Shown here: positions 30,974-37,757 of the stretch, one piece after another | Layout: each line of letters opens with the position of its first letter | Numbering within the stretch: the stretch's first letter is position 1 | IMG/VR virus record: IMGVR_UViG_3300045988_090449 | Length of the DNA: 37,757 bases | Origin: a virus | Reading direction: 5' to 3' (one strand) | Program-made: the position numbers and the translations under genes | The notes under the pieces: generated by a model | The model's database searches: none | Seen by the model: the letters and a program-made list of their open reading frames with translations, nothing else | Told to the model about the DNA's origin: nothing

Positions 30974-33427
30974 ATGCGTATGATTAACGATAAAAAAATA
31001 GTAATCTCCACTGGTGCAAGTAGAAAATCCACAAACTGGCAAAGACTGGAATTGAATTATTCTGAATTTGTAGAGAAATTAAGAAAGCCGATAAGGTCAA
31101 CGGAGTCCTTGGATGAATTCTTAAAGATGAAAAAGAGAGACCAGGACAAGCTGAAAGATGTTGGTGGTTTTGTCGGTGGCGCTTTAAAGGGATCAAGACG
31201 TAAGGCTTTTAATGTTGAAAGTCGTGATTTAATAACTCTTGATTTCGATAATATTCTAAGTGGAGAAACTAAAAATGTAATTAAAAAGGTAATGAGTCTT
31301 GGCTGTGGATATGTAATATATAGTACCAGGAAACACTCTGAATACAAGCCTAGGTTGAGAATTATCATTCCTAGTGATAGAAGTATGTCACCTGATGAAT
31401 ATGAGCCTGTAGCACGTCGTGTGGCGTTAATGATTGGTATTCAAATGGCAGACCCGACTACGTTTGAAGCGAGTAGGCTTATGTATTGGCCAAGCTGTTC
31501 GAGAGATAGCCAATATGTTTTTAAGTATGAAGATAAGCCTTTTTTATCCGTAGATGGGATATTAAAGACTTACAGTAATTGGAAGGATGTATCGAGTTGG
31601 CCACAAGTTCCAGGAGAAGATACTAAGCACAAAACTCTTTTAACTAGACAACAAGATCCAACTACAAAAACCGGACTTGTAGGGGCTTTCTGCAAGACCT
31701 ATGACATATATTCTGCGATAGATAAGTTTATTCCAGAGGCTTATGATGCAGAAGATGATGGTAGGTTCACATATCACAATGGTTCAACTGTTGGCGGTGC
31801 TGTTGTGTATCAAGAAGGCTTGTTCTTATACTCACACCATGCTACAGATCCTTGCAGTAATAAGTTGGTAAATGCTTGGGACTTGGTAAGGTTGCACAAG
31901 TTTTCCGATTTAGACGAAGAGGCGGACGAGGATACTCCCGTTGTTCGTCTTCCGTCTTATACTGCTATGAAGACTTTGGCCAAGGAAGATGATTCAGTTA
32001 TGGGGCTACTTTCAAAAGAAAAGCAAGATAGTGCGAGTGATTTTTTTGAGAGTATAGGTCAGGCTGAAAAGCAAGATGATGTTAGCGAAGATGATAATAG
32101 TTGGTATGAGTTATTAGAAACGGACAAGAACGGAAACAATACTAAGACTATAGCAAATGTTGTTGCAATTCTTACCCACGATCCAAATTTTAAAGGCAAG
32201 ATTTTTATAGATGAGTTTGCGAACCGCGGTATGGTTAGTCTCCCTCTTCCTTGGGATAATGGCGAAGGGGACAGAATGTGGAGTGACACGGACGATGCAC
32301 AACTTGCTTTGAGGCTTGAAAAAGAGTTCGGAATAACTGGAAAAGACAGGATTGAAAATGGTTTGAAGGTTGTTGGATTCAACAATCGCAAAAATGGTGT
32401 TAAAGATAGAATATTGTCCTATAAATGGGACGGAGTTAAAAGGATTCCTACACTTTTGAGTGATTATCTAGGTGCTGAAGAGAGTGAATACACGGCTGAT
32501 GTAATGAAAAAAGCACTTACAGCAGCAGTTGCAAGGGCATTTGATGATAAAGGTGTTAAATTTGATTATATGGTCGTGTTTTCAGGAAAACAAGGAATCG
32601 GTAAGAGTACTTTTTTATCTAAGTTGGGTATGGAGTGGTTTTCTGATAGCTTATATTCATTCGAAGGTAAAGAAGCAGCAGAGCTTATTCAAGGTACACT
32701 TATTAATGAGGTTGGGGAGCTTTCGGCGATGAATAAGAGTGAGACGGAGACTGTTAAGCAGTTTTTAAGTAAGACACATGATATCTATCGTGAAGCTTAC
32801 GGAAGAAGGACAAATAGGTATCCGAGAAGGTGTGTGTTCTTCGGTTCTACTAACTCAGATGAGTTTTTAAGAGATGTAACAGGTAATAGACGTTTCTGGC
32901 CAGTAAAGGTTGGAGAGTTTCCAATAAAAAAGGACATATTCAAAGATTTGGATTGTGAGATAAGTCAAATTTGGGCTGAGGCATATTTTTATTATGTAAT
33001 GGGAGAGCCATTGTATTTGTCTGGAGAAAGTGAGATTCAAGCGAATGCACTTCAAGAAGATTTCAGAGAAAAGGATCCACGAGAAGGTGTTATCCTTGAA
33101 TTTCTTGAAAAGAAAATTCCAGAAAATTGGTATGAACTTCCTATACAAAATCAAAAAGCATTTTTCAACAATACGTTTGATGTTGGAGATGTTGAGCTTG
33201 TAGAAAGAGATAAGGTGTGTGTTGCGGAGATTTGGCAAATCTGTTTTCAAAGTGACATCAAGTGGATGAAAAGACGTGATTCAAATGAAATCACAAATAT
33301 ATTAAATGGAATCCAAGGCTGGGTTAGAAATAAAAACGTCAGAAGATATGGTAAGTACGGAGTGCAAAAAGGTTTTGAAAGGTCGAAAATTATTAATATT
33401 AATGAAATAAAATCCATTAAAAAATAA
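30974..33427 (+). CDS. Primase-polymerase (AEP) fused to VirE/D5-like P-loop ATPase
   Basis: AEP-like LDFD and YVIYSTRKH motifs in the N-terminal third. Walker A FSGKQGIGKST and VirE-like C-terminal region (GNRRFWPV). Confidence 0.8.
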   Translation: MRMINDKKIVISTGASRKSTNWQRLELNYSEFVEKLRKPIRSTESLDEFLKMKKRDQDKLKDVGGFVGGALKGSRRKAFNVESRDLITLDFDNILSGETKNVIKKVMSLGCGYVIYSTRKHSEYKPRLRIIIPSDRSMSPDEYEPVARRVALMIGIQMADPTTFEASRLMYWPSCSRDSQYVFKYEDKPFLSVDGILKTYSNWKDVSSWPQVPGEDTKHKTLLTRQQDPTTKTGLVGAFCKTYDIYSAIDKFIPEAYDAEDDGRFTYHNGSTVGGAVVYQEGLFLYSHHATDPCSNKLVNAWDLVRLHKFSDLDEEADEDTPVVRLPSYTAMKTLAKEDDSVMGLLSKEKQDSASDFFESIGQAEKQDDVSEDDNSWYELLETDKNGNNTKTIANVVAILTHDPNFKGKIFIDEFANRGMVSLPLPWDNGEGDRMWSDTDDAQLALRLEKEFGITGKDRIENGLKVVGFNNRKNGVKDRILSYKWDGVKRIPTLLSDYLGAEESEYTADVMKKALTAAVARAFDDKGVKFDYMVVFSGKQGIGKSTFLSKLGMEWFSDSLYSFEGKEAAELIQGTLINEVGELSAMNKSETETVKQFLSKTHDIYREAYGRRTNRYPRRCVFFGSTNSDEFLRDVTGNRRFWPVKVGEFPIKKDIFKDLDCEISQIWAEAYFYYVMGEPLYLSGESEIQANALQEDFREKDPREGVILEFLEKKIPENWYELPIQNQKAFFNNTFDVGDVELVERDKVCVAEIWQICFQSDIKWMKRRDSNEITNILNGIQGWVRNKNVRRYGKYGVQKGFERSKIININEIKSIKK

Positions 33428-33435
33428 AAATAGAG

Positions 33436-33682
33436 CGTAAACCAGCATTTCAAAACGTAAACCAGCATAAAATATTGGTTTACGGGGGCGTAAACCAATA
33501 AAAAAAATATTATTTACACCTGTAAGACAGTAAATTCAACGGTTTGAGATACTATGTAAACCAATATTTAATATTTACTATATAGAGGTATTAAAAAAGG
33601 ATATTAAAGAATATATAGCGTATTTATGTTTCTTTAATTCCTTTGTACGATACCTACATATACGCGTATAGGATTGGTTTAC
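33436..33682. repeat. Iteron-like cluster (six copies of GTAAACCA in both orientations) in an AT-rich intergenic region; putative replication origin or regulatory hub
   Basis: - Direct copies at 33437, 33457, 33490 and 33556.
- Inverted copies at 33476 and 33675.
- Copies 1 and 2 are CGTAAACCAGCAT, spaced 20 bp apart.
- Copies 3 and 4 form a perfect 12-bp inverted repeat: TATTGGTTTACG-GGGG-CGTAAACCAATA (33473..33500). Confidence 0.6.
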
Positions 33683-33699
33683 ATAGAAAAGAGGAAGAC

Positions 33700-34011
33700 A
33701 TGAGAGAGCGAGAAATAGAAAAAATATTCAGAAAAAATATTCAAGATTTGAACGGCATATGCTATAAGTTTGTGAGTCCTGGAAACTCAGGTGTGCCGGA
33801 TAGAATTGTAATATTAGAAAATGGAGAGGTGATTTTCGTGGAGCTAAAAACCGAAAAAGGAGTTTTATCCGCATTGCAAAAATCACAAATTAGAAAATTT
33901 AAAAACCATAATCAGAGAGTGTGTGTTGCCTATGGATTGAATGGGATACAAAATCTGATTGATAAAATTAAGAGATCAAGACTAGATTTGATAAAGGACG
34001 AGGAAAGATAA
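33700..34011 (+). CDS. VRR-NUC domain nuclease
   Basis: ATG at 33700 after AGAGGAAG (the track start at 33643 is an extension into the intergenic region). PD-(D/E)XK pattern GVPDRIVIL...VFVELKTEKG..S..Q. Confidence 0.75.
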   Translation: MREREIEKIFRKNIQDLNGICYKFVSPGNSGVPDRIVILENGEVIFVELKTEKGVLSALQKSQIRKFKNHNQRVCVAYGLNGIQNLIDKIKRSRLDLIKDEER

Positions 34012-35384
34012 TGGGGGATTTGGTATTACACGATTATCAAAAGTACTGTGTGGATAAGATTGTGGATAACAATAATATCGGATTGTTCCTGGATATGGGG
34101 CTAGGTAAAACTCTTATAACTTTAACAGCAATTAAGGATCTTATTTATAATAGATTTCAAGTTGGCAAGGTTCTTGTAATTGCACCTAAAAAAGTGGCGG
34201 AAGCTACTTGGCAAAACGAGATTGAAAAATGGGACGAACTACAAAACCTAAGAGTGTCTACTGTTTTGGGAAATGTAAATCAAAGAGTTAAGGCACTTAA
34301 CACTCCGTCCGATATTTACATTATCAATCGCGATAATGTTGTATGGTTGGTAGATTATTATAAAAATAATTGGCCATTTGATTTTGTGGTGTGTGACGAA
34401 TTTTCAAGTTTTAAAAACCACGAATCGAAAAGGTTCAAGGCACTTGCAAGTATCAAACCTCACATAAAAAGGCTTGTCGGGCTTACAGGAACACCAAGCC
34501 CTAATGGAATGTTAGATTTGTGGGCGCAAGTGTATTTATTGGATAGTGGTACTAGATTAGGTAGGAGCTTTTATGGTTTCAGAAATACATTCTTTGAAGG
34601 AGACTATATGGGATATTCTTATGATTTGCGAGAAAATTCAGAAAGTGAAATCACAAAAAGAATATCGGATATTTGCATATCAATGAAAGCGGACGATTAT
34701 TTGGAGCTTCCTGAATGCAGCGAAAATATAATTCCTGTGGCTCTTGATAGTAAATCCAAGAAAGCTTATGAGACTATGGAGAGAGATGCGATCTTAGAAA
34801 TTGAAAATGCAGATGATATTGATGCAACTAGTGCCGCTGCACTTTCTAATAAGTTATTGCAGTTGGCCAACGGAGCAGTTTATGACGAAGACCATAACTA
34901 TCACGTTATTCATGATTGCAAAATACAGGCGTTCCTGGAAGTGCTTGAGCAATTAAATGGAAAATCGGCGTTGGTGTTTTATAACTACAAGCACGATTTG
35001 GAGAGAATCCAAAAAGCCTTGACAAAAGCAAAAATCAATTATAGGAAATTGGAAACTCCACAAGACCAAAAAGATTGGAATGCAGGAAAAATCAACGTGC
35101 TATTAACACATCCTGCATCAAGTGCTTACGGACTGAATTTACAACAGGGCGGAAACCATGTCATATGGTTTGGGCTTAACTGGAATTACGAACTGTACAC
35201 ACAAGCAAATAAGAGACTACACAGACAAGGACAAAAAGAAAAAGTTATTATACACCATCTAGTCACGCAAGGAACTAGAGACGAAGATGTGATGGAAGCA
35301 TTGAAACGAAAAGAGAATGTACAAAATTATGTATTAGAGAGTTTGAAAGCAAGAATTAGAAAAGTAAAAGGAGAAGTTAAATGA
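34011..35384 (+). CDS. SNF2-family helicase/ATPase
   Basis: - Motif I: DMGLGKT.
- Motif II: VCDEFSSFKN.
- C-terminal helicase motifs: SAYGLNLQ, QANKRLHRQGQ. Confidence 0.9.
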   Translation: MGDLVLHDYQKYCVDKIVDNNNIGLFLDMGLGKTLITLTAIKDLIYNRFQVGKVLVIAPKKVAEATWQNEIEKWDELQNLRVSTVLGNVNQRVKALNTPSDIYIINRDNVVWLVDYYKNNWPFDFVVCDEFSSFKNHESKRFKALASIKPHIKRLVGLTGTPSPNGMLDLWAQVYLLDSGTRLGRSFYGFRNTFFEGDYMGYSYDLRENSESEITKRISDICISMKADDYLELPECSENIIPVALDSKSKKAYETMERDAILEIENADDIDATSAAALSNKLLQLANGAVYDEDHNYHVIHDCKIQAFLEVLEQLNGKSALVFYNYKHDLERIQKALTKAKINYRKLETPQDQKDWNAGKINVLLTHPASSAYGLNLQQGGNHVIWFGLNWNYELYTQANKRLHRQGQKEKVIIHHLVTQGTRDEDVMEALKRKENVQNYVLESLKARIRKVKGEVK

Positions 35385-35740
35385 GCAAAAATTTAAATGG
35401 AAACGGGCTAACATTGAATTCAGAACTAGAACTTAAAACTAGAAAAGTACTTGATGAGGAAATCACAACTTTGAAAACTGAGTTTTGGGACTGTTGTGCA
35501 TTAGAGGTTGAGGTCGGAACTAATGGATTTCATGGGGGAGATTCTGGCCATGGAGGAAGAGTCTTCTTAGGACTGAAAAATTTAGCAGGTACAGGAATGT
35601 TACTTAATGGTGAAGATGTTGAGAAAATGGAAATGGCTTTTGCTGGTGACGCAGAAATAAGAATCTTTTTAAAAATGATAGATTATGTAAAAGACGCATT
35701 AGAACTTCAGTTACAAATTTTAGAAAGGACAAGAAGATGA
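35381..35740 (+). CDS. Hypothetical protein (Gly/His-rich motif GFHGGDSGHGG)
   Basis: ATGA-coupled to the SNF2 gene. No recognised family. Confidence 0.4.
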   Translation: MSKNLNGNGLTLNSELELKTRKVLDEEITTLKTEFWDCCALEVEVGTNGFHGGDSGHGGRVFLGLKNLAGTGMLLNGEDVEKMEMAFAGDAEIRIFLKMIDYVKDALELQLQILERTRR

Positions 35741-36078
35741 ACAGAGCGCAAAGACGAAAAGCAGGAATAAAGAAAAAGGTTGCAACATATACATTCACAC
35801 AAGAACAGCTACACGCTGAAATAAATAAAGGAATTGACAAATTTAGAGAAGAAATAAGAGACGATGTTACAGATAAAGCATTGAGAGTTATAGCGTATGT
35901 GCCACTTATTGTGCTACACGATAAGTGGGGATTTGGAAAGAAAAGACTTGAAAAATTCTTGTATGAGTTTGCCGAACAAATAGATTGTCTTGAAAATAAA
36001 TATGTTGAGTTTGATGATATGATTGCAGCGATTAAAGAAGAAACTGGATTAAATGTAGACGACTATATTAAGTTTTGA
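35737..36078 (+). CDS. Hypothetical protein with basic N-terminus (MNRAQRRKAGIKKK)
   Basis: ATGA-coupled to the upstream gene. No recognised family. Confidence 0.4.
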   Translation: MNRAQRRKAGIKKKVATYTFTQEQLHAEINKGIDKFREEIRDDVTDKALRVIAYVPLIVLHDKWGFGKKRLEKFLYEFAEQIDCLENKYVEFDDMIAAIKEETGLNVDDYIKF

Positions 36079-36089
36079 GGTGATAGGAA

Positions 36090-36497
36090 TTGGATAGACA
36101 GACTTTAAATCAGTACAATTCTTTAAAAAAAGAGATTAAATATTTAACAGAAAAAATAAAAAGACTTGAGCATAAGAGCATTGTAAAGGATTCTGTAACT
36201 GGATCTAGTTGTAAATATCCATATTCTGAAAGAAGTTTTAGTATTTCAGGAATACCTATTATTCCTAGCAGAGAACTAAAGAGGCTTAGAAGTAGGGAAT
36301 CCGAAGCATATACTTTAAAATGCGAGATTGAGAAGTTTATTGATAATATTGACGATTCACAAGTTAGGATGATATTCGAAATGAGATACTTCGATTGTAA
36401 AAGTTGGGGATATATTAGTATGCAACTTGGGAGTTGTCATGAAAGTTATTCAAGAAAGATTCACGATAAGTACTTAAATAAAAAATTGGGCGATTAG
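36090..36497 (+). CDS. Sigma-70 region-4-like late transcriptional regulator (ArpU/RinA/DUF1492-class candidate)
   Basis: TTG start 6 nt after GAGGTGA. C-terminal HTH pattern RMIFEMRYFDCKSWGYISMQLGSCHESYSRKIHDKYL. Position is immediately upstream of the packaging/late genes. Confidence 0.55.
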   Translation: MDRQTLNQYNSLKKEIKYLTEKIKRLEHKSIVKDSVTGSSCKYPYSERSFSISGIPIIPSRELKRLRSRESEAYTLKCEIEKFIDNIDDSQVRMIFEMRYFDCKSWGYISMQLGSCHESYSRKIHDKYLNKKLGD

Positions 36498-36510
36498 GGC
36501 GATTTTGCCG

Positions 36511-36519
36511 TGCTACAAT
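36511..36519 (+). promoter_or_regulatory. Extended -10-like element TGCTACAAT (candidate late promoter)
   Basis: TGnTAnAAT match with no good -35, as expected for an activator-dependent promoter. Weak evidence on its own. Confidence 0.3.
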
Positions 36520-36592
36520 AGTATTGGTGAAAGAAGATTCAAATATAACTACAATTGTTAATTTCACCTCCTTTTAAATAAATTACCTTAAG

Positions 36593-36619
36593 GTCGATAC
36601 TTGATGTATCGACTTTTTT
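36593..36619 (+). terminator. Rho-independent terminator between the late regulator and the HNH/late genes
   Basis: GTCGATAC-TTGAT-GTATCGAC forms a perfect 8-bp stem followed by T6. Confidence 0.8.
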
Positions 36620-36641
36620 GGTGAAAGAAAGGACTGATTTT

Positions 36642-36980
36642 ATGAATACCCGCCCCGATAGAAAAGGCCCACATAGAGCTAACTTTGAAAGAAATAAACA
36701 AAGAATACTGAAGACTCAGAATACATGTGGCATATGTGGCAAGCCTGTTGATAAGAGTTTAAAAGCACCTAATCCATTAGCGCCATGCATAGATCACATA
36801 ATACCAGTGAGTAAAGGCGGACATCCAAGTGATATAAGCAACTTGCAACTAGCGCATTGGACATGTAATAGACAGAAGTCAGATAAGTTATTCAAAGAAA
36901 AAACAATTAAAGAGAAACAAGTACTTGGAAATAGGAATTTGCCTCAATCAATGGATTGGACTAAATACAAATCCAGATGA
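36642..36980 (+). CDS. HNH endonuclease (packaging-associated)
   Basis: Motif CGICGK...CIDHIIPVSKGGHPSDISNLQLAHWTCNRQKSDK. ATG at 36642 preferred over the TTG at 36618, which lies within the terminator T-tract. Confidence 0.85.
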   Translation: MNTRPDRKGPHRANFERNKQRILKTQNTCGICGKPVDKSLKAPNPLAPCIDHIIPVSKGGHPSDISNLQLAHWTCNRQKSDKLFKEKTIKEKQVLGNRNLPQSMDWTKYKSR

Positions 36981-36981
36981 T

Positions 36982-36998
36982 GGGGGGATACCTCCCCC
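36982..36998. other. GC-rich imperfect palindrome GGGGGGATACCTCCCCC (candidate cos/packaging-site element)
   Basis: A G6 and C5 inverted pair immediately after the HNH stop, in an otherwise AT-rich genome. The surrounding 36981..37030 is locally GC-rich. Confidence 0.35.
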
Positions 36999-37081
36999 TG
37001 TAGGGTCTAAGCGGACTTCATCACCGTTACTGTACATATTTTCACACGAGGTATTTTTGGAATTGAAAGGAAGTGATATAA

Positions 37082-37757
37082 ATGGAACAATTAGTTTCTC
37101 AAAATTATGAAATTAACAAAGATATTGTTAAGAAATACGAAGACACTCAATCGGGAATTGATTATCTACGTAAAAAATTAAAACTATACCAACCGAGAGT
37201 TGTTGAGAGATATCTTAGGTATGATATGAAAAAAGAAGACTATGATAGAGGGATTATGATAAGTAATGATTTAAAAAGACAATACAAAGCTGTATTAGGG
37301 TGGTGTTCAAAAGCTGTCGATTGTCTAGCTGATAGACTTGTGTTTAAAGGCTTCGACAATGATCCATTCGATATGAACAGTATTTTTAACATGAATAATC
37401 CCGATGTGTTCTTCGATAGTGCTATTCTTAATGCTTTGATCGCTTCATGTTCTTTTGTCTATGTATCAAAAGACGATGTTGGTGATATTAGATTGCAGGT
37501 TATAGATGCTGCGAATGCGACAGGTATTATTGATCCCGTAACAGGTTTGCTAAAAGAAGGCTACGCTATTTTACAGAAAGATAAAGAAGGTCACGCGATT
37601 ACTGAGGCTTATTTTGAGCCATATAAAACAACTGTTATTAAAAATAAACAAAAAAATATTTTTAAGCATAGTTGTTCTTATGCAAGTCTTGTGCCTATTA
37701 TTCATAGACCTGATGCGGTAAGACCTTTTGGTAGAAGTAGGATCACAAAAGCTTGTG
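37082..37757 (+). CDS. Portal protein, N-terminal part (SPP1 gp6-like); ORF runs off the window end and continues at 1..755
   Basis: ATG at 37082 preceded by AAAGGAAG. Open frame with no stop to the window end. The frame is continuous through the 141-bp overlap into 3..755. The joined gene is 1290 nt (429 aa). Confidence 0.85.
   Translation, partial: MEQLVSQNYEINKDIVKKYEDTQSGIDYLRKKLKLYQPRVVERYLRYDMKKEDYDRGIMISNDLKRQYKAVLGWCSKAVDCLADRLVFKGFDNDPFDMNSIFNMNNPDVFFDSAILNALIASCSFVYVSKDDVGDIRLQVIDAANATGIIDPVTGLLKEGYAILQKDKEGHAITEAYFEPYKTTVIKNKQKNIFKHSCSYASLVPIIHRPDAVRPFGRSRITKAC
37617..37757. repeat. Terminal overlap copy 2 (identical to 1..141)
   Basis: Same as copy 1. Confidence 0.95.

Larger units (their letters stand above)
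1..37616. mobile_element. Complete temperate tailed-phage (siphovirus-type) genome, circular or circularly permuted, unit length 37,616 bp
   Basis: Full set of head, tail, lysis, lysogeny and replication modules. Exact 141-bp overlap between the window ends closes the circle inside the portal ORF. Confidence 0.9.

Noticed and set aside
33436-33563. Possible mini-CRISPR array (repeated GTAAACCA-containing units)
   Set aside because: The repeats are only 8-13 nt, occur in both orientations, and have irregular spacing (20, 19, 14 and 66 bp). No cas genes are present. An iteron or operator cluster is the better explanation.
36524-36629. 12-bp direct repeats as target-site duplications of an inserted miniature mobile element
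   Set aside because: The 82-bp segment between them has no terminal inverted repeats or other transposon hallmarks. It consists mainly of a functional-looking terminator, so a regulatory leader is the more economical reading.
36925-37110. 61-aa ORF spanning the HNH 3' end, the GC-rich element and the portal start
   Set aside because: It overlaps two well-supported genes in other frames and has no SD. Its Pro/Gly-rich middle is just the translation of the G6/C5 palindrome.

Overview
The window is one complete temperate siphovirus-type phage genome from a low-GC Firmicutes-like host. No tRNA, rRNA or CRISPR array was found.

**Genome form.** The first 141 bp (1..141) are identical to the last 141 bp (37617..37757). 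The true unit is therefore a 37,616-bp circular or circularly permuted molecule. The portal gene (37082..37757 joined to 1..755) spans the artificial junction.

**Plus-strand order:**
- SPP1-like portal.
- MuF/gp7-like minor head protein with a C-terminal toxin-like extension, followed by a tiny acidic ORF.
- Large terminase in an unusual position, downstream of the portal and MuF genes.
- Scaffold, major capsid and head-tail joining genes.
- Major tail protein, then G/GT tail chaperones with a canonical A_AAA_AAC -1 frameshift.
- Tape measure, an enlarged Dit, and a 1215-aa Tal carrying NlpC/P60 and glucosaminidase domains plus duplicated collagen-like modules.
- A receptor-binding-type protein and a BppU-like fibre with an extremely regular Arg heptad array.
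- Two small paralogous ORFs.
- A lysis cassette: BhlA-like holin candidate, GH25 endolysin, small holin.

**Minus-strand lysogeny operon:** cI/ImmR-like repressor, ImmA metalloprotease, a stand-alone HIRAN-domain protein, and a large serine integrase. It faces a cro-like gene across a switch region with near-consensus divergent promoters and palindromic operators.

**Early region onwards (plus strand):**
- Small early ORFans.
- Replication module: DUF2800 nuclease, DUF2815 SSB-like protein, family A DNA polymerase, AEP primase/VirE ATPase, an iteron-like putative origin, VRR-NUC and an SNF2 helicase.
- A sigma-region-4-like late regulator, a strong terminator, an HNH endonuclease and a GC-rich cos-like element.

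**Most interesting observations:**
- The HIRAN gene wired into the ImmR-ImmA-integrase operon.
- The MuF-toxin/immunity-like pair.
- The rearranged packaging module with no recognisable small terminase.
- The leader/terminator element ahead of the late genes.
- The iteron cluster.
- A G8 tract with a mini-ORF and hairpin in front of the second tail-paralog gene.
- A perfect 35-bp out-of-frame tandem duplication in an early gene.

All functional calls rest on motifs recognised by eye. No database search was run.
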